Part shown: positions 18,986 through 27,200 of the stretch, one piece after another
How the letters are laid out: every line of letters starts with the position of its first letter
How positions within the stretch are numbered: the stretch's first letter is position 1
IMG/VR virus record: IMGVR_UViG_3300009648_000003
Span: 39,943-103,942 of that record
DNA length: 64,000 nt
DNA from: a virus
Lineage: Duplodnaviria > Caudoviricetes
Direction: 5' to 3' (one strand)
Made by a program: the position numbers and the translations under genes
Notes under the pieces: model-generated
What the model was told of the DNA's origin: nothing
The model's database searches: none
What the model saw: only the letters and a program-made list of their open reading frames with translations

Positions 18986-19446
18986 CATCTCGTTGTAGAG
19001 GGTTATTTAATCCCCTCACCCTCGTTTCCGAGGGGATCGGACTATATCATTATCTTATAATCTGTTTGTACCTGCTGTAATTATCACGCAATCTAAAGTT
19101 CTCATAACCTACATACACCCAATCATAGAACTTTAAACTAATCCCCTACAGTCATCTCTAATTTAAGGTATATGTGGTGTTTACCCCTACTGTAATTGTT
19201 TTCTTTTAATAAATAATCTCTGGCGAACTCCATCCTCTCACCTCCCCTTCTTAAATATTCAGATTATAAGATATTGGGTGCTCGTGTTTTCCTCATCACT
19301 GGTCTAGTGGTACGAAATTAGTCTCTGAACCTTCTAGGTATCCCTACCTAGCTCGGCTGCTGATTACCCTCGACATCACTCGTTAGGGTTCCCAGCAATT
19401 CTCCCAATTTTCATTAGTAAGTCGCCTTACTATGCCCCAATCTTTT
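18986..19446 (-). mobile_element. Group I self-splicing intron (461 nt, IA-like) in polA
   Basis: Exon ends in U paired U.G in P1 (CCCU/AA with UUGGGG); intron ends in G. P AAUUGCUGGGAA, Q AAUCAGCAG, R UUCAGAGACUA, S GAUAUAGUCC; GNRA-capped P2/P6/P9; 13-bp P8. Splicing restores TGRMSSSNP-NLQQIP in frame. Confidence 0.95.
19050..19233 (-). pseudogene. Degenerate homing endonuclease remnant in intron P8 loop
   Basis: RBS GGGGAGGTGA + ATG gives 31 codons to TAG; the +1 frame continues SLKFYDWVYVGYENFRLRDNYSRYKQIIR*, resembling a LAGLIDADG C-terminus. Confidence 0.55.
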
Positions 19447-20799
19447 AGGGTTAGAACTACTCATTCTACCTGTATTTTTAATAGTAGAAAAGCTAGTATG
19501 AATTCTTCCATCTATAATTTGTTCTGGCAGTTTATCTGCAAAAGCATCTGTTAATTTTTTCTTTTGTCTGTATTCCATAATCATAGGAATTACTTCATGA
19601 TAATTTTTTAATTTTTTTAGTGTAGCTCTGTCTGTAGATTCAGGTTTCTTTTTATTTACTCTTGGCAATTTTAAATCTTCATATAATGCTTTAGATAGTT
19701 GTTGAGGTGAATTTAAATTTATTTCCCCTGTGTATTTATATATTTTTTTCGTAAGTTCATCTAATTCTTGATGAAGTTGGGGAGCTACTGTATTAACTAA
19801 ATAATCCTCATCTACTCTTATTCCTCTTTCCTCCACTTTTACTACTATATTTATAAATGGTATTTCTATATTAAAGTACAAATCATGCAATTTTTGTAAC
19901 TGAGGTGATTTTAAATGTTTAATTTGAAATTCATACATTTTATATGTTAATTCTGTGTCTTTAGCAGCATAGAATGTAGCCATGTTTCCTGTTTTATTTT
20001 TAGGATTAATTAAAATAGGAACTTGGTCGAACGTTATATTACCAAATAGAGTAGAGAAAGTATCACTGGGTATCTTTAAATAGTAAGTAGCCATATCCTT
20101 TAATGCTTTTGATTGTGTTTCATCTAATATAGCCTGAGCTATCATAGTATCAAAATAACAAACAGGTTTTGCTCCTATATATCTTCGTATTATGTGATAG
20201 TCAAAACCATAGTTATGGTATAATTGTTTTAAATCTTTCCTTTCTAATTGAGGTTTTAATTTATTTGCTACTAAACTTAAAGGTAAACATTTTACATAAT
20301 CTTCACCTAAAACCAATTTATTTCTCCCCCCGCCCTTTTTGTATTCAAGATAAGCTTCTTCATTATGTCTTATATCATCTTTGTGTTTTAAGGGTATATA
20401 ATAACCTTGGTGGGGGGCATAAAAAGAAATACCTACTATCTCATCCCTATATTTATCTACTCCTGTAGTTTCAGTATCTATTGCAACCATACTTAGCCCA
20501 CTTAACCATACAATTAATTCCTCTAAATCTTGTTCAGTCCATACAGTATTATAATGAAATGGTAATACTGTTTCATTTGACATTTTTATAATTTCTAATT
20601 CTTTCTTTTTAAAATTCTTCCTCTTAGCCCGTGCAAGAAAATTTTCTACTTCTTCGTCTGTGTTTAATGATGGAAATTTATCTTTAAACAAAGGATATAC
20701 TTCATCCAAATACCACTTTTCTTTAACTCTTAGCTTTCTCTTTCTTTTCTTTTTATTATTCTTATTTAGAATACTTTCAATCTCTTCATAAATATCCAT
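19447..20799 (-). CDS. polA: DNA polymerase family A, exon 1 (3'-5' exonuclease and start of polymerase domain)
   Basis: AIDTETTG, HN..FD, YAAKD, NLNSPQQL, TGRMSSSNP; 451 codons up to the 5' splice site. Confidence 0.93.
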
Positions 20800-20831
20800 A
20801 CAATTCCCTCCTCAGATAATAAAAAGATAGC

Positions 20832-20851
20832 AAAAAGCCCCTAAAAGGGGC
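20832..20851 (-). terminator. Intrinsic terminator/attenuator between ssb and polA
   Basis: GCCCC-TTTTA-GGGGC-TTTTT. Confidence 0.65.
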
Positions 20852-20861
20852 ATAGTAATAA

Positions 20862-21431
20862 CTAAAAAGGAAAAGTATCCTCATCGTCTGATTCGATCGG
20901 TGTTACATCAGTAACTTTTTGATTTATAAGGTTCTCTATTTCTTCAGGAGACATAGGTTCTATTAAAGATTCAATATCAGGTATCTCTAAATCTGTTGTG
21001 TCAAAATCACTAGGATCCCTTGGAAAAAATTGATACACTGTCTGTAATCCTTCCCCTTGTCTTAAAACTTTAAAATTTCTTTTGGTTAGATCTCCATATT
21101 CTTCTGCTAATCCTACTAAAGTAACACCAACAGTTTTTGATGCTTTAAATATTTTTACTCTTTCATCCTTAAAATCAAATACAGGTACATACGTCCTAAA
21201 AGAAGCATATTTTCCTGCCTTACATAAAGGACAATTCTCTTTTCCCAAACATCTTATATTCATCCATCTACCATTTATTTTTTCAGTATGTTCATACACA
21301 CTTATTAGTTCATCTAATGGTTGGATTATTCTTATTTCTGTTGATTCACCTGCTTTCAAACTTAACATAGAAGTACTATTTTTGTTCGCTTCCCTTATAG
21401 CTCCCAATCCTTTTCCTAAATATACATCCAT
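20862..21431 (-). CDS. Single-stranded DNA-binding protein (gp32-like)
   Basis: H...C....CPLC Zn motif, acidic-aromatic tail DDEDTFPF, upstream of polA; start reassigned to ATG 21431 with RBS GGAGGA. Confidence 0.75.
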   Translation of the reverse strand: MDVYLGKGLGAIREANKNSTSMLSLKAGESTEIRIIQPLDELISVYEHTEKINGRWMNIRCLGKENCPLCKAGKYASFRTYVPVFDFKDERVKIFKASKTVGVTLVGLAEEYGDLTKRNFKVLRQGEGLQTVYQFFPRDPSDFDTTDLEIPDIESLIEPMSPEEIENLINQKVTDVTPIESDDEDTFPF

Positions 21432-21464
21432 TAAAATTCCTCCTTTATCTTTTACTTTCGTTAT

Positions 21465-21494
21465 TAATATACGAAGGAACCACCATAGTGAATA
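21465..21494 (-). promoter_or_regulatory. Putative middle-class phage promoter (TATTCA-N14-TCGTATATTA)
   Basis: Conserved motif upstream of ssb-polA. Confidence 0.75.
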
Positions 21495-21524
21495 AAAAAA
21501 AGAGGAAGAAAATTTTCTTCCTCT
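21494..21524 (-). terminator. Intrinsic terminator ending the primase-sigma unit
   Basis: Palindrome AGAGGAAGAAAATTTTCTTCCTCT followed by a T-tract. Confidence 0.75.
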
Positions 21525-22146
21525 AATCAAACCACTTCAAAACTATTTTTCTTACACGTAACCAATCCTTTGCTACTGTTGGTCTTGATACCCCCATCTT
21601 ATCCGCTATTTCCTGATGTGTATATCCAGCATATCTTAATTTTAATATTTTCTGTTCTCTTGGAGTTAATTTATCTTCTAAATCTGCAATCATTTTGGTA
21701 AATAATTTATATTCCGAAATTTCATCAGTAAGATTATGACTTAAATGTTGTATTTCAACTTTCTTATTTGATCGCTCAGTAGATGAACTAACTGATGTTT
21801 CACCTGTGCAGTATGTTATGATTTCAGCACAATAAGTATCATGTAAACCACTGAATCCCTGAAGTGTGGGTTGTGTCCATGAGTGTCTAATATGGTCTAT
21901 TATTGTATTTTCTATAATTTGTGTAAAATAAGTATTGGCAGTAGCTTTGCATGAGTCAAATTTTTTGTATGCTTTAAACACTTTTAACATAGCATCTTGC
22001 ATTACATCTTCTTCATCAATATAATTAGGCAATTTTACATTTTGAGTATGCAATTTATGATTACATAATTTCCTTGTTGCTAATAATAATTCATCTAACT
22101 CCCCCTCCGCCACCATTTCATTGAAAGTTCTTTTTGTTTCTTTCAT
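21523..22146 (-). CDS. Sigma-70 family sigma factor, ECF-like (regions 2 and 4 only)
   Basis: EEDVMQDA.LKV.....FD....A.TY...I..N..ID..R; LTPREQKIL.LRY.G.T.QEIA..MG.SR.TV. Confidence 0.85.
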   Translation of the reverse strand: MKETKRTFNEMVAEGELDELLLATRKLCNHKLHTQNVKLPNYIDEEDVMQDAMLKVFKAYKKFDSCKATANTYFTQIIENTIIDHIRHSWTQPTLQGFSGLHDTYCAEIITYCTGETSVSSSTERSNKKVEIQHLSHNLTDEISEYKLFTKMIADLEDKLTPREQKILKLRYAGYTHQEIADKMGVSRPTVAKDWLRVRKIVLKWFD

Positions 22147-23152
22147 AAAAATCCCTCCTGTAAAATTTTGAACTTATTAAATCATAGTAATAGTTCATGT
22201 ATGGCACCATTGTTATGTCATTTAACTTACCCCCTAATAATAAATCATTAGGGTCTTTGAACATAGTTTTATCTACTGTGTCAATTCCCCATTGAATAGG
22301 GTATTTAACTACATCCACTCTTATGGGTGTTTTTGATATAATTTTATAAGCATCTAAATTTCCTTTTACCCCCCACTCATCATTATCTAAAAATAACATT
22401 ACTTTAGTAATTCCAGCTAATTGTAATAATTTAAGTTGATTTTTTGATAAAGTTCTTCCCATTAATCCTACAGCAGGTAGCTTAGCTTCATAACATGATA
22501 ATACATCTATAGCACCTTCTACAATAAATACTTCTTTTACTTTACCATATAAGTAGTTTAATCCATATAGTGTTTTATGTTTAGGGGCACCTTTTGGAAT
22601 TTGATAGAATTTAGTGTTTACATCCCTCCTTATCACAAATAATGGATTTCCATGTAAATCCCTGACAGGAAAGACTATAGAATGATTTTTTTCATCATAC
22701 CCTATCTCATATTTTTGTAGTGTATAATCTGAAATACCTCTAGTTTCTATATAACTATGTTTCTTTTTTCGATAATTAAATATTTCTTCTTCAGTAACAC
22801 CCCCCTCTTGTGAATTATTTTCTGGGGCACTAAATGATAAATTAGCTGTTGCATAATTATTAATTATTTTTGCATACGCTTTCAAGTAATTAATTTGGAA
22901 TATATCTGCTATCAAAGTTATTAATTCTCCTGATGCCCCACAACTGAAACAATTGAATAAATAGGGATATTCTGTGCTTATTCCGAAAGAGGGTTTAGTC
23001 TCTTTGTGATATGGACAGCACATATTTATATTACTATAACCTATTTTTCTTTTAGTAAATGCAGTAGGGTTGTATTTATATTGTGGTGATTTTACCCATT
23101 CTGATTGTAAATCGTCCAATACTTCTTCTATATCTACATAGTATCTATCCAT
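22118..23152 (-). CDS. dnaG: DNA primase (Zn finger + TOPRIM)
   Basis: CPYH.E..PSF...FNCFSCG, IVEG.IDV, FLDND, KDPND; start reassigned to ATG 23152 (RBS AGAGGG). Confidence 0.9.
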   Translation of the reverse strand: MDRYYVDIEEVLDDLQSEWVKSPQYKYNPTAFTKRKIGYSNINMCCPYHKETKPSFGISTEYPYLFNCFSCGASGELITLIADIFQINYLKAYAKIINNYATANLSFSAPENNSQEGGVTEEEIFNYRKKKHSYIETRGISDYTLQKYEIGYDEKNHSIVFPVRDLHGNPLFVIRRDVNTKFYQIPKGAPKHKTLYGLNYLYGKVKEVFIVEGAIDVLSCYEAKLPAVGLMGRTLSKNQLKLLQLAGITKVMLFLDNDEWGVKGNLDAYKIISKTPIRVDVVKYPIQWGIDTVDKTMFKDPNDLLLGGKLNDITMVPYMNYYYDLISSKFYRRDFYERNKKNFQ

Positions 23153-23196
23153 ATAAAACAACCCTCTTTCTTTTCTATAATTTCTGTTCACATAAC

Positions 23197-23225
23197 ATAA
23201 TAGCACAACACTTGACATTTTTCAA
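23197..23225 (-). promoter_or_regulatory. SigA-type promoter P2 for primase-sigma (TTGAAA-N17-TATTAT, extended TG)
   Basis: Exact 17-bp spacer; -35 overlapped by inverted repeat ACTTGA-N6-TCAAGT. Confidence 0.6.
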
Positions 23226-23240
23226 GTATTTAAATAAAAT
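23212..23240 (+). promoter_or_regulatory. SigA-type antisense promoter (TTGACA-N17-TAAAAT)
   Basis: Near-perfect consensus on the + strand with no + strand gene downstream; faces the SOS-boxed promoter. Confidence 0.6.
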
Positions 23241-23249
23241 ATTTTGTAA

Positions 23250-23261
23250 GAACATATGTTT
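23250..23261. promoter_or_regulatory. LexA/DinR (SOS) box 1
   Basis: GAACATATGTTT matches the Gram-positive GAAC-N4-GTTY box; covers the predicted start site of P1. Confidence 0.7.
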
Positions 23262-23290
23262 ATTATATACTAAAACTTATGTTCTGTGAA
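23262..23290 (-). promoter_or_regulatory. SigA-type promoter P1 (TTCACA-N17-TATAAT) with SOS box 2 (GAACATAAGTTT, 23273-23284) in its spacer
   Basis: Read directly from the sequence; the two boxes bracket the -10. Confidence 0.7.
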
Positions 23291-23467
23291 GTCCTTTTCT
23301 TTTATTAAAATAGATATTCCTACTATAGAATTAAAATCATGACCTTGTAGACTTATAAATTCTTGTATATAATCTAACACTTCTGAAAAATTCATCTTTT
23401 TTGGCAGATGGATTTCTGAAGTATAGATTTCTTCTTCATTTATTGTATACATAAATGAGCATTTCAT
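23270..23467 (-). CDS. Hypothetical protein
   Basis: 65-aa ORF abutting the upstream gene. Confidence 0.5.
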   Translation of the reverse strand: MKCSFMYTINEEEIYTSEIHLPKKMNFSEVLDYIQEFISLQGHDFNSIVGISILIKEKDFTEHKF

Positions 23468-23743
23468 TTATAATACCTCTATACTCACAGAGGAAATATC
23501 ATAAGAATTGATTACATGTACTTCTTCATTTTCATCTATAAAAAATAAAGGTCTTTTTTTCTCCATATCTGTTGCAATTTTTTTAGAGTATTCAACTTGT
23601 ACTTCCTTATCAGTTAAGGATATTTCTTTTCTTTCCCCTGTTTCTTTATCTACTAAATAGCCTTTAGGATCTTTTTCTTTTACCACAATTTCTTTTTTAT
23701 CTTCATTCCTCATACTAAAATTGATTTTTAATCTTACTTCCAT
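23468..23743 (-). CDS. Hypothetical protein
   Basis: RBS GGGAGGAG. Confidence 0.65.
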   Translation of the reverse strand: MEVRLKINFSMRNEDKKEIVVKEKDPKGYLVDKETGERKEISLTDKEVQVEYSKKIATDMEKKRPLFFIDENEEVHVINSYDISSVSIEVL

Positions 23744-23802
23744 TTAATACTCCTCCCTTAATTTTTTTTAAAAAAATTATTTGTTTTCTATTATTTCTTC
23801 TC

Positions 23803-25059
23803 TTAAAAAGCTAATGTCTCTTCTTCTATCTCACCATAATAACCTTTATCTATATCTGCTCTTAAATACACATCTACATCTCTCTTCCCACCTCTATTCT
23901 TTTTTAAAGATAATTTAAAAATTTCATTGTTTATTAATCTTAATGTAATAACTTTTGTTGACTTTTGAGCAGGGGTATCTGACTCTTGAACCTGATATAT
24001 CTCGGGTGAAGCTTTTACATCCTTTTTTGCCTCTCTAGCAGATTCCCTCCCTGCTTGTGCTACCCAAATTATTGGAGTTCTTGTGTATAGATTTACATCT
24101 CTAATCTGGTTAGATACATTCACAATTCTTTTTCTTATATCTCTCTCACCTGTACCATCAGATAAGTCATACAATTGGTCTATAACTATAAGCCCTGGTT
24201 TTTCATTTTCTATAATACTTCTTATGTCAGTTGGTGTAAATGCTTTTCCTTTATTTGAATCCTCTGTTAGTATTAATAAACTATTTGATTTTTTCTCTAA
24301 TTCCATTAAATATTCTTTATATGCTTCAATATCTTGTAATTTTCCTTGATTTAACTCTGTATTGGAAAAATGAGCTCTTAGTGTATCTAACCTATAAGCG
24401 ACCTCTAGTTCAGGCATTTCTGTGGAAATATAAATCACAGGGATATTCATATTTGCTTTTAAAAAAGACCACCAAGCATGGTATGCAAAATACATACTCA
24501 TCATACTTTTACCTTCACCTAATCTTCCAGCAATTAAAATTAGGTCATCCTCTTTCCACCCACCAGTGAGTTCATCTAACTTATTAATACCAGTACTAAT
24601 ACCACTTAGTCCTTCTTTATTATGTGTTTCCAAATACTCTGCATATCTAAGACTTGCATCTTTTACCCAATCATATCTTTCAATTCTTCCTGTATAGGTT
24701 TTAGTTAGTTCTTCAAGACCTAATTTCATCTTATTGATAGCTTCAATTATCTGCCCATTTGCCACCATTTCAGCATTTTCTATAAGTAATGGTCTATATT
24801 CTACATATATTTTATTTTTTCTTATCACATCTACTAAATAAGGAATAGCATCCAACTCATCAATTATCTCAAAATCTTCAAATTTACTGGCTACAGTTTC
24901 AAGGGTGGGGAGAGATTTATTCATCATTATATAATCATTTATCCAATCAACTATATTAAAAGTAGAGATAAAAAAAGAAGTATCTAAATTATATTTTGCA
25001 AGAAAATTAGTGTCTTTACTATTAATATAATGATTGATAAGTTGAATTTCATCTCTCAT
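23803..25059 (-). CDS. dnaB: Replicative DNA helicase (DnaB/SF4)
   Basis: STGI..LD..TGG, GRLGEGKS, ISTEM, IVIDQL, AQAGR, KNRGG. Confidence 0.9.
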   Translation of the reverse strand: MRDEIQLINHYINSKDTNFLAKYNLDTSFFISTFNIVDWINDYIMMNKSLPTLETVASKFEDFEIIDELDAIPYLVDVIRKNKIYVEYRPLLIENAEMVANGQIIEAINKMKLGLEELTKTYTGRIERYDWVKDASLRYAEYLETHNKEGLSGISTGINKLDELTGGWKEDDLILIAGRLGEGKSMMSMYFAYHAWWSFLKANMNIPVIYISTEMPELEVAYRLDTLRAHFSNTELNQGKLQDIEAYKEYLMELEKKSNSLLILTEDSNKGKAFTPTDIRSIIENEKPGLIVIDQLYDLSDGTGERDIRKRIVNVSNQIRDVNLYTRTPIIWVAQAGRESAREAKKDVKASPEIYQVQESDTPAQKSTKVITLRLINNEIFKLSLKKNRGGKRDVDVYLRADIDKGYYGEIEEETLAF

Positions 25060-25778
25060 AGCCCCGCCCTCCTTGCTGATTTAACTCGTCTGTCATCACC
25101 CTTAAACTCTAAACCGATAGTGTTGTTTAATAGCCTTGAAACGTTTCTTGAACCCAAATTATCAGATTTTTTCAATTCAATAATACTTAAATTTGAAGTA
25201 TAAATAGTGGACAATCCATTATTTATTCTATTATTCATTATTATATAAGTTTGTTCTCTTGAGAAATCACTATTTGAACCTGAACCTACATCATCTATTA
25301 ATAACAAAGGAACCTGATTAATTAATCGTAATGTGTTTTGAACATAATCTTGATCTCGTCTGTACCTTAAATCATCAATTAAATCTGCATACACTATATA
25401 AAGACCTAAAGGATTTTCAAAATCGAATCGGCTAGTTAAACAAGATTTATAAATATAGTGATTTATTATAACACTTGCATTAAATGTTTTACCTGTTCCA
25501 GGTGAAGCCCCATAAAAGAAAAAGTTTGTACCACCTTCTACAGTTTCTATTATATTGTCAACTACTTTTTTTATTATTTTATAATTTTCTTGGTTATCTT
25601 TATCCACATCATAATTATATATGTTAGCTTCGATGTATATTTTTGGAATTCGAGATAATTTTAATGCTTCCTCTAATCTATATTTAGCACTACACCATGG
25701 ATTTTTACTACCTTGTACTTCACCTTTGTAAATTTTGCACCATTTCGTTGCTATACAATCTTTGCAATCTTCATACAC
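25056..25778 (-). CDS. DnaC/IstB-like AAA+ helicase loader
   Basis: N-terminal Cys cluster, G.SPGTGKT, LLIDDVG, R......TIYTSN, SRL, G.DRR. Confidence 0.88.
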   Translation of the reverse strand: MYEDCKDCIATKWCKIYKGEVQGSKNPWCSAKYRLEEALKLSRIPKIYIEANIYNYDVDKDNQENYKIIKKVVDNIIETVEGGTNFFFYGASPGTGKTFNASVIINHYIYKSCLTSRFDFENPLGLYIVYADLIDDLRYRRDQDYVQNTLRLINQVPLLLIDDVGSGSNSDFSREQTYIIMNNRINNGLSTIYTSNLSIIELKKSDNLGSRNVSRLLNNTIGLEFKGDDRRVKSARRAGL

Positions 25779-25779
25779 C

Positions 25780-26208
25780 TTACCACCCCAATTCCTCTAT
25801 CTGTTTATCCCAATCATCAAGGTTTTCAGGTTCATTTTTTACTTCTTTCTTATAACTAGGTAACTTTCCAGTTGTAACATAATTATCAAGAACTGTTTGT
25901 GAATAATTGGAACAAAAAATTCTAAGAGTTTTTGTCTCAAAAAAATCAAGATCCATAAAAATTTCCATATAATCTTTTATAGTTTCTTTACTTTTTATCT
26001 TTAAAATTCTTTTTAACTGTTTTAAATCCCCTTTATTCAGTACATAAGGTTTTTTAAACTTTTGTTGATATAAATATTCAAAATATTTTGCAAATACATG
26101 CAAATTCCATTCTTCTACTTTATCATCAAAAGTTACTTTCTTCTTTGTTTTAGTTTTACTCTCTTTTTCTACTTCCAAAGACTCTTCAATAATTTTTGGT
26201 AACTCCAT
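25780..26208 (-). CDS. Hypothetical replication protein (upstream of loader)
   Basis: Helical ORF with RBS GGAGGG at the head of the loader-helicase operon; function inferred from position only. Confidence 0.55.
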   Translation of the reverse strand: MELPKIIEESLEVEKESKTKTKKKVTFDDKVEEWNLHVFAKYFEYLYQQKFKKPYVLNKGDLKQLKRILKIKSKETIKDYMEIFMDLDFFETKTLRIFCSNYSQTVLDNYVTTGKLPSYKKEVKNEPENLDDWDKQIEELGW

Positions 26209-26233
26209 ACTATCCCTCCTCTACTTTCACTCT

Positions 26234-26263
26234 TAATATACGAAATAAACCTATAAATGAATA
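26234..26263 (-). promoter_or_regulatory. Putative middle-class phage promoter (TATTCA-N14-TCGTATATTA)
   Basis: Shares TTCACTCTTAATATACGA with the 6715 copy. Confidence 0.75.
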
Positions 26264-26286
26264 TAAAAATAATTTTTTATATTAAA

Positions 26287-26315
26287 TTGACTTTTTTAAT
26301 ATTATGTGATATATT
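26287..26315 (+). promoter_or_regulatory. SigA-type promoter of recombinase (TTGACT-N17-TATATT, extended TG)
   Basis: 17-bp spacer; upstream of RBS GGAGGA. Confidence 0.65.
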
Positions 26316-26345
26316 ATTATGTGAATGATAGATAGGAGGATTATT

Positions 26346-27188
26346 ATGTTAGAAAAATTTTTAAATCATCTTGAGATAGAAAAAAATTATTCAAAAAATA
26401 CTATTGAAGCTTACAGAGCTGATCTTGAGCAATTTTTAAATTTCATATACAAAGATATAAAAGAAGTAACTAGATATGATATTTTGAATTTCTTAAAATA
26501 TTTAAAAATTCAAGGCTATAGCCCCACCACATCCAATAGAAAATTAGCCTCCATTAAATCTTTTTACAGATTCCTTATGCTGGAAGGTGAAGTAAATGTC
26601 AATCCTGCTGAATTGGTGGAATCTGCAAAAGTTGAAAGAACGTTACCAAGAATAGTATCTTTAGATGAATATCAAAAAATTATGAGCTTAATTGATAATC
26701 TAGAAGATAGGGCTTTAATTGAGTTACTATTTACAACGGGTATCAGGAGAGAAGAAGCAGTACACTTAAAAAGAAGTGATTTTGACTTTAACTTAGGGAT
26801 ACTAAAAGTAAATGGTAAAGGTAAAAAAGAAAGAGTCATCCCAATTATAACTAATATTATGCCAAATGTAGTTTTGTGGCTAAATCAACATGATGAAGAA
26901 TGGGTGTTCCCCTCAAAAGTAAAAAAAGGAGAACCTAATACAGTAAGATGGGTAAACAAAGTTGTGAGAAAATGGGCGGATAAGGCAGGATATAATGATA
27001 TTACCCCTCACTCCTTCCGCCACTCTTTTGGAACTTATCTGTATGAAAATGGTGCAGATGTGAAAGCTATCCAAGAAATGTTAGGGCATGAATCTATAGA
27101 CACAACTAATATCTATGCACAAAGCTCCATTAAAAGAAACAAACAGGAACTTCTTAAAGCACACCCTTTAATAAAGAGACTTGAATAA
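26346..27188 (+). CDS. XerC/XerD-like tyrosine recombinase
   Basis: N-terminal S.NT..AY..DL, catalytic TGIR, GKG.K.R, HSFRH, LGH, T.IY; start at 26346 by RBS. Confidence 0.93.
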   Translation: MLEKFLNHLEIEKNYSKNTIEAYRADLEQFLNFIYKDIKEVTRYDILNFLKYLKIQGYSPTTSNRKLASIKSFYRFLMLEGEVNVNPAELVESAKVERTLPRIVSLDEYQKIMSLIDNLEDRALIELLFTTGIRREEAVHLKRSDFDFNLGILKVNGKGKKERVIPIITNIMPNVVLWLNQHDEEWVFPSKVKKGEPNTVRWVNKVVRKWADKAGYNDITPHSFRHSFGTYLYENGADVKAIQEMLGHESIDTTNIYAQSSIKRNKQELLKAHPLIKRLE

Positions 27189-27200
27189 AAGTCTCTTTAT
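27171..27200. terminator. Bidirectional terminator between convergent genes
   Basis: ATAAAGAGACTT-GAATAA-AAGTCTCTTTAT. Confidence 0.75.

Noticed and set aside
16814-20799. polA as a broken pseudogene or naturally split two-subunit enzyme
   Set aside because: The gap is a complete group I intron and splicing restores the frame exactly.
21432-21530. N-terminal extension of the SSB ORF (likewise primase 23153-23218)
   Set aside because: The extensions run through terminator/promoter DNA; strong RBSs mark the downstream ATGs.
26290-26330. Canonical dif site upstream of the recombinase
   Set aside because: Only a XerD-like arm is present; there is no matching inverted arm at 6-bp spacing.
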